The notes below the pieces were generated by a model. It had not been told where the DNA came from. It made no database searches and saw nothing but the letters and a program-made list of their open reading frames with translations. A DNA stretch of 64,000 nt, filler included, from Aduncisulcus paluster (Eukaryota), in assembly GCA_024181965.1 (NCBI GenBank). It is 12 parts of 12 records of this genome, joined end to end, with 100 filler letters (N's around TTAATTAATTAA, not from the genome) between each part and the next. Parts side by side here need not be neighbours in the genome. Positions count along the whole stretch, not along the records: positions 10,602 to 13,218 come from BQXS01010132.1; positions 13,319 to 27,685 come from BQXS01010133.1; 10 more parts are not named here. One strand, given 5' to 3'. The position numbers were made by a program, and so were the translations under genes. Below, in pieces: positions 11,942 through 26,100 of the stretch. Position 1 is the first letter of the stretch, and each line of letters opens with the position of its first letter.

Positions 11942-12053
11942 GAGAATAATAATAACAACAATAAATAATAATAAAAGGGGATAATAACAATAAATAACGA
12001 GGAATAGCATCACAGAAATGTGGTAAAATCTATTCAACAAACTCATCAATAAC

Positions 12054-13217
12054 TTAGTGCTGATCAACTTGAATTTGATGTTTAAAATGAACTTTTTTCT
12101 TCCTCTTTGAACTCGCCTTCTTCACAGAACTTGCCTCCAAATCAACAAGATCTTCTTGAGATCCAATTTCTTCCTTTCTCTCAACCTTGATCTTTTTCCT
12201 CTTCCTTCGTTTTCTTTCTTTTTCCTTGAGCTTTGATTTCTTCACTCTCCTCTTGATAGTTACTATTGTTTCAGCTCTGGCAGCAACTGGGGGCTCAAAT
12301 TCTTTTGAGGAATCATGTTGAAAGGATAAGGATGCATCATCTCTTACCTGCACAACTGTCGTCGCAACGATTCCATTGTGGGAAGAGATCCTTTGGAAAG
12401 GAGAAAGTCCAGTTGGTTCATCTTGACTAGCAATCTTTGCATTCTCTTGGGGTTTGAATTTCAAGCATAACCAGAGAGTACATCCAAAAATGCAAAAGCA
12501 AAAGGAAACTAAAAACAAAATGGAAAAAATCCATAACAATATTTTAAAAACATTGCTTGCTTCTTCTCCACACATTATACCATTCCACCCATCATCACAT
12601 ACGCATGCATATTGAATATTAGAAGCATTATTGGAATCATTGGAATCATACGAGTAACACACTCCATGAGATGAACACAGAGAGGATGGATCTACATTGC
12701 TTTCTATGTAAGTATCCATACTCACTCCACACATGTCAACAGAGCATGATGATACTGATGATGAGACTGTTGAACTGTCATTCCCCCATCCATACTCACA
12801 CTTACACATGGCCGTGAAACTATCTTCTCCTTCACCAAGAACACATGTGCCATGACTATCCGTGGTTGTTCCACAGGTCAAGCAAGCAGTGTCATTTCCA
12901 GCAATGTCCTTGTAATAAGGGTGAGTCGCAGGATCAATGCATGTGGATGTGGATGCATCAGTGATGAGACCATAGGAGGAACAGTCACACGAATATGTGT
13001 CAGTATCTGGTGAATAGGTTCCATAGTCTGAATATGATGAAGATGGATCTGTGGAGTAATTAACTCCACACACATAATCAACGATCGTCGGGTTTGTTTC
13101 ATCATCATCATTCACATACTCAACAGTCTCAACAGGATATTGAGTGAAACATGTTGATCCATACCATCCAGCATCACATTTACAATACAATATCTCAGAA
13201 AAGAAATCATCATCAAC
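12054..13217 (-). CDS. C-terminal part of a type I membrane protein with EGF-like repeats, one TM helix and a basic cytoplasmic tail
   Basis: CKCDAGWYGSTC, CKCEYGWG, CSSHGVC...CVCDDGWNGIMC. Hydrophobic ILLWIFSILFLVSFCFCIFGCTLWLCL. K/R-rich tail. Open to the contig edge. Confidence 0.85.
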   Translation of the reverse strand, partial: VDDDFFSEILYCKCDAGWYGSTCFTQYPVETVEYVNDDDETNPTIVDYVCGVNYSTDPSSSYSDYGTYSPDTDTYSCDCSSYGLITDASTSTCIDPATHPYYKDIAGNDTACLTCGTTTDSHGTCVLGEGEDSFTAMCKCEYGWGNDSSTVSSSVSSCSVDMCGVSMDTYIESNVDPSSLCSSHGVCYSYDSNDSNNASNIQYACVCDDGWNGIMCGEEASNVFKILLWIFSILFLVSFCFCIFGCTLWLCLKFKPQENAKIASQDEPTGLSPFQRISSHNGIVATTVVQVRDDASLSFQHDSSKEFEPPVAARAETIVTIKRRVKKSKLKEKERKRRKRKKIKVERKEEIGSQEDLVDLEASSVKKASSKRKKKVHFKHQIQVDQH

Positions 13218-13318
13218 GNNNNNNNNNNNNNNNNNNNNNNNNNNNNNNNNNNNNNNNNNNNNTTAATTAATTAANNNNNNNNNNNNNNNNNNNNNNNNNN
13301 NNNNNNNNNNNNNNNNNN

Positions 13319-13789
13319 ATCTATCACCTTGACATTAACTACAAGAAGTTTGTCGAGGGTGTCCGTGAAACTAAGCGGATTGCTGCTCTTACCGGTGTTG
13401 TGTTCCCCGTTGAATTGACCGTTGTCCCTGGCTGTGTGTTCAGGAAATCTGGGCCCATTATCGTTGGACTCAGGGTTGTTAAGGGTATTCTGAAGTACGG
13501 TGTTCCCCTGATTGTCGATACAGGGAAGGAAGGAAAGGATATCGGAGTTGTCGAAGGAATCGAATTGGAGAAGAAGTCAGTCGAAGAAGCTACCGAAGGA
13601 ATGGAAGTTGCAGTCAGAATTGGAGGAGGAAATGTTACATTCGGAAGAGATTTGACAGAAATGAGCCATATTTATTCCAAGATGACCAGATCTGGTATCA
13701 ATGCTATGAAGAAATATTGCCGTCCCGAACTTGCCAAATGGGGACGCACCGTTGTCAAGATTAAGGACCTATTGAAGATTCCAAAATAA
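13319..13789 (+). CDS. eIF5B: Translation initiation factor eIF5B, C-terminal domain IV, 5'-partial
   Basis: IYHL...VFPVEL..PGCVFRKSGPIIVG.RV..G.L..G.PL, G.EVAVRI, FGRD, IYSKMTRSGINAMK match the eIF5B C-terminus. Confidence 0.9.
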   Translation: MYHLDINYKKFVEGVRETKRIAALTGVVFPVELTVVPGCVFRKSGPIIVGLRVVKGILKYGVPLIVDTGKEGKDIGVVEGIELEKKSVEEATEGMEVAVRIGGGNVTFGRDLTEMSHIYSKMTRSGINAMKKYCRPELAKWGRTVVKIKDLLKIPK

Positions 13790-14134
13790 ATTTAGTGTCA
13801 TCTGATTGTTTTTTGATATATAATCTTTGTAAACTTTCGGAAAGAAAACATCGGAGTGAATTGGGTTTTCGGCCGTTATAAAACGAAATTGAGTAAAATC
13901 AATGTCAAATATTAATTAATAGTACTTTTTACAAAAATAATCTTCTCAATATTGTGATAAACACCCCCGGATTCTTCGACGAAAAAAAATCGTGAAATTG
14001 GACATTAAATACAACAAATAATTTAATAATATCGTTATTGAAACTAATGCTATTAAAATATGACTTTAAATTTTGAAAATAAATTTATTCAAAGGAGTTA
14101 TTGTCAATCCCTCGGTTTTCCTTGTATTATAACC

Positions 14135-17100
14135 ATGAATAGGATAATCTTTTTTATATTTTTAATTTTTACATATGTTATATATACTTTTCAACTTATT
14201 GTAGGTGATCCTTATACACCTGATAGGCCTGAGCTCGGAATGCCTGTTTGTCCTGAAGGATTCTATTGTAATAGTACAGCAATTATATCTGGAACTAACA
14301 CTAAATATTATGTTGCGGGAGCCTGTTCGAGCGGTCAATATTCTGATTTTAACGCCTCTTCATGTCTGGACTGTCCAATCGATATGGAATGTCCAACTTC
14401 TAAAAAGAGTATGATGAGGGCATGTAAGCCTGGATATTATTCAGATAAAGGAGATGGATATTGTCACTCATGCCCTGGTGGAGATTATTGTACAGGTGTA
14501 GACGATAGTAATGATTCTGAACGTGTTAACTGTCCTGCGGGACAATATTCTCCGATTGGATATGGCCCTGACACTACCACGTGTCGTCTTTGTCCAGCTG
14601 GAATGTATTGTGAACCCGGTGGTTCTGGTGTTACTCTCCCGGTTCCATGTCCAATCAATACATATGCCAGCAGATTAGGATTGGAATCTGAGAATGATTG
14701 TCTTCCGTGTCCACCTGGAAAATATTGTCCTGAAGGGTATTTTGCTCCAAGGGATGAGTTCGGACTTATAATTTCTCTTGATACTACTGTTTCTTCAGAC
14801 TGGGAATGTCCTGCTGGATATTACTGTCCGCAAACTAATAACACTCCTCAAGCATGTCCTGTGAATACTTTCAATCCCATCCGAGGTGCCCATAGTATAA
14901 CTCAATGTTTGTGGTGTCCTCCTGGATACTATTGTGATTCAACTGCTATGACTGAACCTGTCATTTGTCCCACGGGTAATTTCTGTCCTGGTGGTAATCC
15001 AGCTGAAATTGAAGCATATGATGATGCGACAGATGTGTGGACAAGCTCCAATTGGAAGAATATATACGATCGAGATGGTCCCAGAATTGACTGTCCAAGG
15101 GGTACATATATGCCATATCAGGGTGCCAAGGATGAGTCCGAATGTATTTTGTGTCCGGCTGGGTATAACTGTCGTCGTGGTGCTTCAACTGGAACTGCTT
15201 TTCCCTGTGCTTCAGGAACATATCGGGACAAAGAAGGAGGTATTTACACTGATTATGAGGACGGGTGTATTCAGTGTCCAGCAGGTTTTCTGTGTGATGG
15301 TGATCATCTCGTTAAACCTACTGCTCGTTGTAAACCTGGGCATTATTGTCCTGTTGGCAGTATCGTAGCAACAGAGTGTCCAATAGGAACCTGGACAGAT
15401 CGTGATGATCTTGGCGCTGAGAGTGAATGTGAACCATGTCCAAAGGGTTATTATTGTCCAAATGNNNNNNNNNNNNNNNNNNNNGTGATCATCTCGTTAA
15501 ACCTACTGCTCGTTGTAAACCTGGGCATTATTGTCCTGTTGGCAGTATCGTAGCAACAGAGTGTCCAATAGGAACCTGGACAGATCGTGATGATCTTGGC
15601 GCTGAGAGTGAATGTGAACCATGTCCAAAGGGTTATTATTGTCCAAATGTTGGTACTTCAAGCAATCCTCTCCATGGAAAAGACAATGCAACATTTGTGG
15701 AATGTCCTCAAGGGTTTTACTGTCCTCTCGGCTCTAAAACTCCATTGCCTTGTCCAGCAGGAACTTATAATGAATATGTAAAACAATTCCGAGAGGAGGA
15801 TTGTGTTATCTGTGAGAAAGGATACATGTGTGGAACTTCAAGCATATCTGAAAAGGGAATTCCCAGTGGTGGTACGGACACTGTTCCTTGTACACAAGGA
15901 TATTATTGTCCTCGTGGAACAGCTAATATTGATCCAACCGTTACTACTGGTCCAAAAGCACCTCGTGCCTGTCCAAAAGGAACCTTTGGAAATACTACAG
16001 GACTTGGAGGCGACTATGAGTGTGATGATTGTGAAATTGGATATCAATGTCCCACGGCAGCCATGACTGCTGTTGGTGACGAGTGTCAAGATGGATACTA
16101 CCAGGATGAAACTGGACAAACTGGATGTAAAACATGTCCTGCCGGATATATGTGTCCGGCTGGGGCTGCCGTTACAAGCCCCACTGTGTGTTCTGCTGGG
16201 TATTACAGTGACGAGGGTGCTTCGTCGTGTACTCGCTGTCCTGCAGGCCACTATTGTCCCGGGGAAGGTGTGTCCCAGGACATGATGGAAGACGTCTATA
16301 TATGTCCTGCAAAGTTTTTATGTATTGCAGATAGCATTTACGGGCTTGATCTCTCTCCCACTGATGATCCGACAACATATTTGTGTCCAATTGGTCAGTA
16401 TTGTGAGGCTGGAACAACTGCCGCTGAAGATTGTCCCGCTGGTACCTATCGAAGCAGTACTGGAGCTGGAAGTGAAAGTGATTGTACGTCATGCCCTCCC
16501 GGAAAATATTGTGAAACTGAAGGTTTAACGACAACTACAGGCTCCTGCCAGGCCGGATATTATTGTACTGGAGGTGCCACTGTTGCAACTCAATACAAGT
16601 GCCCTGCTGGAACGTATAGTAGTTCCACAGGGAACTCATCAAAATATTATTGTAAACCGTGTCCTGCAGGATATTACTGTGGGGAAGCTTCCACAGGCGG
16701 TACGGAATGTTCTGAAGGTCATTATTGTCCTGCCTCGAGTGGAACTGAAAGTGCTTGTCCCAAAGGTACATATGCTTTGTCCGGTAACGAAGCTTATAAA
16801 GGGTTGAGGAGCACCACTGAGTGTTACCAGTGTCCCGCTACATATTACTGTGATAGTGAGGAAAATGTTGTTGCTGCCATCACAGATCTTCCAACTTGTT
16901 CTGCAGGATATTATTGTCTTGGAGGGTCAAGTGTTCCCGAGCCTGTCGATGGTGTCACTGGATCAATCTGTCCAAAGGGTTCATATTGTCCCGCAGCAAG
17001 CGATGATCATATCTTGTGTCCTGTGGGTACTTTCAACCCCAAGATAGGATCATCGGATAGTGACGATTGTTTGGCCTGTCCTGCTGGTTATTACTGTCCT

Positions 17101-20100
17101 GATACAGGTATGAGTGAACCAGGTCCGGAGTGCCAAGCTGGTTGTTATTGTCCCTCTCCGATATCTGTCAGCCCTGACATTGGATCATCAACACAATGCC
17201 CATATTCTGCCCCTGCTGGGAGTTATGCAGCAAGTGGGTACTCAACATATCTTGAATGTCCTATCGGAACATACACAAGTGATGTTGGACAAGCTTCATG
17301 CCAATCTTGTCCTGCTGGTAAAAAATGTCCAAATACGAACACAGGAGCTGCCGGTATTGATCCAGAGGACTGTGGAGATGGATATTATTGTGAGGCTGGA
17401 ACTGGAACCATTGGTAAAGAATGCCCTGCTGGGACATGTTCAAGTTCTACCACTCTGACTGATGTTTCTGAATGTACCTCATGTCCAGCTGGTCGTTACT
17501 GTCCCGACAGTGCCATGTCCTGTGACGATGTCAATACAGATGATATTTACAAGTGTGACGAAGGATATATATGCTTAGGTGGGAAGTCAATTTCAGATCC
17601 TGTTCTCTGCCCCACTGGTCATTACTGTGAATCTGGAACTACCGCCGAAACTGAGTGTCCTGTTGGAACCTACCAGCCTAAGGAAGGAACCAGCTTGGAA
17701 TCTGAATGTTTGGCTTGTACTCCTGGGTTTTATTGTGACACGACTGGTGCTTCTTCCGTTTCCACTGCTAAATTGTGTGATGCTGGTTTCTACTGTCCCG
17801 CTGGTTCTGTTGACTCTGAAGGTCGATCTTCTCTTGGTGGAAGTGCCAATATCTGTCCGGTTGGTCATTATTGTGAAGGATCCAACTCAATTCCTGTTCC
17901 ATGTGAAATTGGAAAACAGCAACCTTCTACCGGTCAAACATCTTGCTCTACGTGTACTGCTGGAACATATTGTAACGAGGCAGGATTATCCAGTGGAACC
18001 ACATGTGACGCTGGATATTATTGTCCATCGGGATCCATTATTCAGTTGCCATGTCCCATTGGTAGGTATTCTCTCAGTACCGATACTGGTTCCTCAGCCA
18101 TGTCTCAGTGTAGAACGTGTCCTGCCGGAAAATATTGTTCCACTGCTTCCCTCGTTGTTGCCATTGTTGATGATCTTCCCGACTGTGATGCTGGGTTCCT
18201 GTGTGAAGGGAGCTGTGAGGATTCAATATGTTCAACTGCTGCCGATCCGAATGGAACTGTGTGTCCATCTGGATACTATTGTGAAGCAGGAACAACTGCC
18301 AAGGTCTCTTGTCCTAAAACTACCTATGACAGTGACACAAGTTCTATTGGACTCACTTCCGAGGATGATTGTGAAACATGTAAACCTGGGTATTACTGTG
18401 ATTCCGAGGCTATCACTTCTCTGACTGGTCTTGAATGTGCTGCTGGGTACTATTGTCCTGAAGGTAGTGGTGCTGATACCGATGATAAGCGTCAAATATG
18501 TCCTGTCGACCATTATTGTGTTGCTGGATCCTCACAACCAACTCCATGTGACCCTGGAACATATGCCGAGAATACGGGATCAACCGCCTGTAGCGATTGT
18601 CCCATAGGTTCCTATTGTCCAGGTCCAAACACTTCCCAACCTATCTCATGTCCTGCTGGGTCTTATTGTGGGTCATCTAACCTGATCTACCCCACAATGT
18701 GTGATGCTGGAAAGTATCAATCCAATGTGAATAAGACTGCTTGTGTTCTTTGTCCAAGTGGTTTTTACTGTCCTTATGGGTGCTCTAATCCTACTACATG
18801 TCCAGCCGGACATTATTGCCCTGCCTCCACCGATGATGATATCATCACTGAGCCCATTCCTTGTCCCCCTGGAACCTATAACGATAGCATTGGAAGCAGT
18901 CATGTCAGTGCTTGTAAGGCTTGTTCTGCTGGTAACTACTGTCCAAAGGAAGGGACTCTTAACAATGAAAGTGGGCTTGAGATTGAAGAAGGGTATTATT
19001 GCAAGTACGGATGCAGTTCAAGTCTTGGAGAGCTCGTGAGAGATGAAGCTGTGTACGGTGCTGTCGTGTTCGGTGAAGATTATGAGGGTGGTTTGTGTCC
19101 TCTTGGTTCTTATTGTCCAAAGGGATCATCGGCTTCACCTATCACATGTCCTGTGGGAACTTACAATAGCACTCTTGGAGCTACAAGTGAGAACTACTGT
19201 TTACCGTGTCCCAGTGGTTATTATTGCTCTGGTGAGGGTCTTGAGGACGATTCTGGGAAGGCTAAATGTTCTGCCGGTTATTATTGTATTTCATCGGCTT
19301 CTTCCTCAAGTCCTGTCGATGGTGTTACTGGTAACATCTGTAAGGCTGGTACTTACTGTGTTGAAGGTTCTGGATCCGAGACATTGTGTCCAGTTGGTAC
19401 TTATAGTCCTTCCAAGGGAAGCAGTTCATGCATTTCTTGCCCTGCAGGATATTACTGTCCCCAAGAGGGTATGTCTGCCGGTATCATCTGTCCGGCTGGA
19501 TTTTATTGTCCGGCTGGNNNNNNNNNNNNNNNNNNNNGGTTATTATTGCTCTGGTGAGGGTCTTGAGGACGATTCTGGGAAGGCTAAATGTTCTGCCGGT
19601 TATTATTGTATTTCATCGGCTTCTTCCTCAAGTCCTGTCGATGGTGTTACTGGTAACATCTGTAAGGCTGGTACTTACTGTGTTGAAGGTTCTGGATCCG
19701 AGACATTGTGTCCAGTTGGTACTTATAGTCCTTCCAAGGGAAGCAGTTCATGCATTTCTTGCCCTGCAGGATATTACTGTCCCCAAGAGGGTATGTCTGC
19801 CGGTATCATCTGTCCGGCTGGATTTTATTGTCCGGCTGGATGTAGCGATTTTAATACTTACCCATGTGCCATCGGTACTCATGGAGGTGGAGTTGAGGGA
19901 ATGGATTCTTCAGGACAATGTGTCTCTTGTCCCGCTGGTTATTATTGTGGAGAGGAAGGTATTTCACAGGTATCCACAGCTTGTGATGCCGGATATTACT
20001 GTCTTGGAGGAGCTACAAAGCCCAACCCCACCGACGGAGTTACTGGTGATATTTGTCCCATTGGTATGTACTGTGTTGAAGGGTCCAGCGAGGGATCTTC

Positions 20101-23100
20101 GTGTGCTGTGGGAAAGATTAGGAGTGAGACTGGAGGAAAGTCAGCTTCTGATTGTTACGATTGTCCCGCAGGATCATATTGTGAAGATCTTGGAGGATCT
20201 AGTGTTACTGGGAAATGTGCGGCAGGATATTACTGTCCTTCTGGGACCAAGTCAAAGAATCCTCCTTCAAACATTTGTCCAAGTGGATATAAGTGTCCTG
20301 AAGGGTCTGGTGTTGCTCAGCCTTGTCCGGCTGGGTTCTATCAGGATCTTACGGGACAGAGCAGTTGTAAGAACTGTCCTGCTGGTGAGTATTGCCCTGG
20401 AGGTGACTATGCTGACCAATATATCGCCTGTCCAGCCGGTTCATATTGTCCTGCTTCTTCTCCCTCGAGTGTCAACATTGGCCCTATCACTTGTCCTGAT
20501 GGATACTATAGTGAACAGCTCATGTTGATGACCAAGAGTCAGTGTGTGTCATGTCCCGCTGGTTATTTCTGTGCTGGTGGAAAGAAAGTAGATAAGTGTG
20601 AGGCCGGTTACGTGTGTTATGGAGGATCTTGGACCCCTACGCCAGATTCTAGTCAAATGATCATTTTGGTCAAGGATTCTCAGGATGAGACATCCATCGG
20701 AGAAATTTGTCCCACTGGTTATTATTGTCCTGAGGGTTCTCTGAAGGCTGAACGCTGTCCCACAAACACTTATTCATTCTCAATTGGTGCTACCAGCGCT
20801 TCTTACTGTGAAGATTGTCGTGCTGGTTACTTATGTGATGGTGGTGTTGTCACTGATTGTCCTATTGGAATGTTCTGTCCTGCTGGAGATGTTGAAGAGT
20901 GTCCCGTGGGAACTTATAACGATGCCACAAATGGAGAGAATATCTCTGCTTGTAAGATCTGTGAGGCTGGATATTATTGCCCTGATTCTGGTATGAGTGA
21001 GATGACAGTTTGTCCCATGGGTCATTATTGTCCCGAGGGATCTATTGAACCCATCGCATGTAGTGCTGGATCATACACTGCCGCCACTGGATCCTCTGAT
21101 GATACTATGTGTCTTGATTGTCCTGCTGGAAGTTACTGTGTTGAAGGTGCATCAAGCCCTGTATCCTGTGTTCTTGGACAATACTGTCCTTCCAAATCGA
21201 CTGAACCTATCTACTGTGAAGCTGGAACCTATGGAGATTCCTCGAATGCTGCTGATCCTCTCATGTATATCGAGCACGATGTGTCTTGTGCTGCATGTCC
21301 NNNNNNNNNNNNNNNNNNNNCTGGTATGAGTGAGATGACAGTTTGTCCCATGGGTCATTATTGTCCCGAGGGATCTATTGAACCCATCGCATGTAGTGCT
21401 GGATCATACACTGCCGCCACTGGATCCTCTGATGATACTATGTGTCTTGATTGTCCTGCTGGAAGTTACTGTGTTGAAGGTGCATCAAGCCCTGTATCCT
21501 GTGTTCTTGGACAATACTGTCCTTCCAAATCGACTGAACCTATCTACTGTGAAGCTGGAACCTATGGAGATTCCTCGAATGCTGCTGATCCTCTCATGTA
21601 TATCGAGCACGATGTGTCTTGTGCTGCATGTCCAATTGGGAAGTATTGTGCTGATCCTGAGGGAATATGGGTGAAGGATTGTGCTTCTGGATACATTTGT
21701 CTTGGAGGTGCCACCACTTCAAAACCTACTGATGGGATTGAAGGTTATCCGTGTCCAAAGGGATATTATTGTACTGATACAAAAGAATCTAGCATCACCC
21801 CTTGCCCCGTTGGAACATATAGAAGTCATACTGGGGCTTATTTGGAGTCCCAATGTCTCTTGTGTCCTTATGGAACCTATACGAATTCTGTTGCTACAAG
21901 TGATTGTAAGTTGTGTGGTGTTTCTGCACTGAGTACTGACATTGAAGGTTCCACATCTTGCACATGCATTGGTAATTATCGTATTTTCCAGCCTTTTGAT
22001 GCTTCTTGTGTTTGTATGAGTGGTTATGAGTATTTCGATGAACAATTGCAGCAGAACGTTGAGGATGGCGATAGTGTGATTGACTGCCGTAAGCGTGAGT
22101 GGCAGAGATGTACCTCTAGTCAAACACGATTGAGTGACGGATCCTGTGTCTCTGTTGAGGGATCTCCTATTGTTAGCACATTCTCTGTCAATGGTGCAAA
22201 GATTGCTACAAAGTCATCTGGCGATCAAGTCTCCATCTCTTGCTCATCTACTGGTTGTAATGGAAGAACTAGCGTGTTCAATGTTGAGGAAGGAATGTGT
22301 GTGTGTGAGAATATCGATTCTTCTTCATCCGTGAGTAACTTTGTTGGGAATGTATGTGATGCCGCTTGCCGTGCTGCTGCGACAACTATTTCTCTTGGAT
22401 CTGATGGTTCTCTTGTCATTAATGATGCTCTCAATGCATACACCGAGACTCTATCTAACGTTGATCTCAACACATATGGTGTCTATTTAAATGAAGATAT
22501 CGATGTTTCTACCAAGTGTGCCACAGGATGCGACCTCAGGGTTGTGTATTTCGGGGCTGACGGTCTCATTTCTGCAGTTTACAATCCCACCGGATCTGAT
22601 TTGAGTGACGATATTAAATTGGGTTCTACTCGTGATTCCAATATATCAGTGTCTGAGATTTCCCTTAAATCTAAAAAGCTTTCAACAAAGTCTTCTTCTC
22701 TTGTAAATCTGAAGAGTACTCCAAGTGGTATTGAAAACCCACTCATTACACTCCAACAGGGAGAAGGTCTTCTATTTATGATGCCTGATGGCGAGTATCC
22801 CTCGTATTCTCGTCAGGATATCCACAATACTGTTACAGATCTTGACAGTGGTTTGTTTAGATATTTGGAAGGTGCTGTCGGTGTGACTCAAATGACAACT
22901 TCTGCAATATTTATCCCAGATCAGTCTGGACAGTATTTGTTCTCGAGCAGTGGGGATGATATGAGCAAGGGTATGGTTCAAGTTGTTGACTCTATTGCTG
23001 ATGTCCCTTCTCAGAACGGTGTTACTAATGATCTATATGCCATCCCAATGACCACAGAGACGATTATCTCGAGCAACTCATCGACTACCGGAGCCTTAGA

Positions 23101-26100
23101 AACTGAGCCATTCATTCTGGGAATTCTATTGCTTGTCCTTGGTATCTTTGTTCTCCTCTCCATTGTCGGAATTGTATTGTATTGTGTCTTTGGAGTGGCT
23201 CAGAAGCGTATTGAAGCTGCTGCATCCCATTTCACTGCTCTTAACGCCACTATTCCTCTTTCTACTGTGTTGGATGGTCACCGTGACTGCAAGCTGATGC
23301 CAATTCGAATGACTGCTTCGGCCCCATTCGTTGCTGAGAATGTGAACACTTTGACTGATCTTACAAACTTCTCTGTTGGAAGTCTGTGGGATAAATTGAG
23401 GGATCAGACCATATTATTGAGTCAACAGATGAGCAGTGAACATGATTTCTTGATGAGAGCTTGCAATCAATTTGCTAAGAGACAGTCTTCAATGACTGCT
23501 GATGTGAAGGTCAGGGCTCGTGTTCTTCTTGGAACTTTGAAGGCTCTCTCTGACACTGTGTTACAGCTTCCTCAAGCTCCTGATTGTGGGTACAAGCGTT
23601 TGAAGAATATGAAAGAAGCCGAGAAGATTATGGAGAAAGAAGCCCGTGGTGCTGATGATGACGAGTATGAGTATGAATCTGAGAGCGAGCTCACTCCTTC
23701 TGGGTTTATAAGCTCTGTGGCAACAGAGGAGAGCTACAGGAAGAGGAGGAGCTCCAAGTCGAAGAAGAGGAGAAAGAAGAAGAAGCAGCATCGAATCTCC
23801 AAGCTTTGGCTTGCTCACCGTTATGGACAAGCTCTTGTTCCTCTCGAATCTTCCCTCTCTACTGGACTTACCAAGAGAAGGGAAGAACTCGCCAATGTTA
23901 GTCAGGGCATTAAGAACGTTAAACAAACCCTTGGGATGTTTGAAGATGTTGTTATGAAAGGTCAGAAAGAAGAAATCCTTGATTGTTTGAAACGTCTCAA
24001 GTCCGTTCAGAAGGAGTTTGAATCCATTCGTGATAATATCTGTGATCTCAATGGTCTTATCAGTATCAATCCCAAGACTGGAGTTCGTGAGATTCGAGGT
24101 GGGTGTTTGCTCGACCGACGTGGTTACATACAAGGAAAGAAGGATCTTCTCGATAGCAAAGGACAGCCCCAAACTCTCCAGGGAGTCACAGTCCATTGTG
24201 CCCTCACCAACACTGTGCATCCAGCCCCCGGTACAACCGTTATTATTGGCGGCCGGGGAGAGGGTGTCCTTGGCGATGAGCCTGAAGACACTGGGATTGA
24301 AGAGGAAGCCGAAGAAGAAGGGGCTGATGAGGAAAGAGGATTGATTGTCGATGGTTCTGATTATCATATGACAATTCCTTCTCCTTCCGCTGTTTCTCCG
24401 TTCGGGAGTGGAAGCCAGTCTGATAATGATGGATCTGACAGGGACGACACTGCAGATGAATCGTTGATATCCTCCTCAAGAGTTTCGACACCTCCTTCTT
24501 CAAGGAGAACTTCCATGACAGCGTGGGTATCAAATGTAAGAAAGGGTGCTCAGCGGCGTCTGAACTCATCTCACTCGAAAACTAAGAGGTTTTCTATCAC
24601 CAAGGCAACTTCTCGGATGTTTGTCATAATGCCCCACACAGGAACAATTCAACTCACTTCTCAAGCTATGGTTCTTGATGTGAGAGCCAAGAAACCCACT
24701 CTCATTTCTGAATTTGGTATTAATTCTGTCTTGTCTCCAAGTTCTGCAACTGGAACTTCCTTGTCTGTGCCTATTTCTACTCCTCTTAACTCGTCCCTTG
24801 CTGCTCTTTCTGCTTCTACTATTCCTCATATGGTGTTACCAATCACTCATCAACCGTCAGCCTCAACTCCTTTGCCTGCTTTTGTGGAGGATTGGAAGGA
24901 GATAAGTGATGTTTTCGATGGTAATTCATTGATTGTCACTGAGAAACGGAGCAACATGGAGCTGCCTGTTCTTTCATTCGTATTGACATATGACATGGCA
25001 TCTCTTCATCCTCTCGCGGGAATCACCACGGATCCTCTGAGTGGGATGCGTGTTCCAGTCTGTGTCGGACAACCGGCCGTTATTTCCCGTCCCAAGACTG
25101 TTATACCAACCAGTGGCAGAAAGAAGAGGAGGAGAGAGTTGCCCAGCCAAAACGGTGGACAGATCATTGATGTTGGAAGAACCATATGTGTGTTTGAAGA
25201 AATTGATGAAGCCCGTCCCTCTGGGGATGAAATTCAACTTCACGGAATGGAAGCAACTGATCCTGAGTCCGGAAAGAAGAAGAAGAAGGACAAGAAGGGT
25301 GGTCCACCCGTTCCTGAGGCTCCTCCCATCTTGTTGGGTCCATATGTGTCTCCCATTTCTTCCCTCTCCCTCAATTCTGCTGGAGAAGTGGTGGGTGTGT
25401 GTNNNNNNNNNNNNNNNNNNNNCGCGGGAATCACCACGGATCCTCTGAGTGGGATGCGTGTTCCAGTCTGTGTCGGACAACCGGCCGTTATTTCCCGTCC
25501 CAAGACTGTTATACCAACCAGTGGCAGAAAGAAGAGGAGGAGAGAGTTGCCCAGCCAAAACGGTGGACAGATCATTGATGTTGGAAGAACCATATGTGTG
25601 TTTGAAGAAATTGATGAAGCCCTTCCCTCTGGGGATGAAATTCAACTTCACGGAATGGAAGCAACTGATCCTGAGTCCGGAAAGAAGAAGAAGGACAAGA
25701 AGGGTGGTCCACCTGTTCCTGAGGCTCCTCCCATCTTGTTGGGTCCATATGTGTCTCCCATTTCTTCCCTCTCCCTCAATTCTGCTGGAGAAGTGGTGGG
25801 TGTGTGTGGAGTTAGTGTGTGGGGAGATGAAGAGGACATTGAGAGGAAGAGGAGGTTGAGAGAGAAGAGAAAGGAAGAGAGACAGACCAGACTACGTCGG
25901 TTGGAAGAAGAGAAGAAGAGAAGACAGCTCAGCGGAGAAGCAGATGTCGATGATAGAGAGATGTCTGATCCCATCGACGATGATGATGAAGATATTGAAG
26001 ATATCACAGTTGTTCCTCACTTCTTTGGGGTCAACTCTGTTGATTTATTCAGCGTCATTCGCAGCCGTCGCCCTGGAAGTAGCCGAGAGGGTCCTTCATC

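Noticed and set aside
14205-22334. Many short alternative-frame and antisense ORFs overlapping the Cys-rich genes
   Set aside because: Shadow ORFs produced by biased codon usage in repetitive coding DNA, with no independent motifs.
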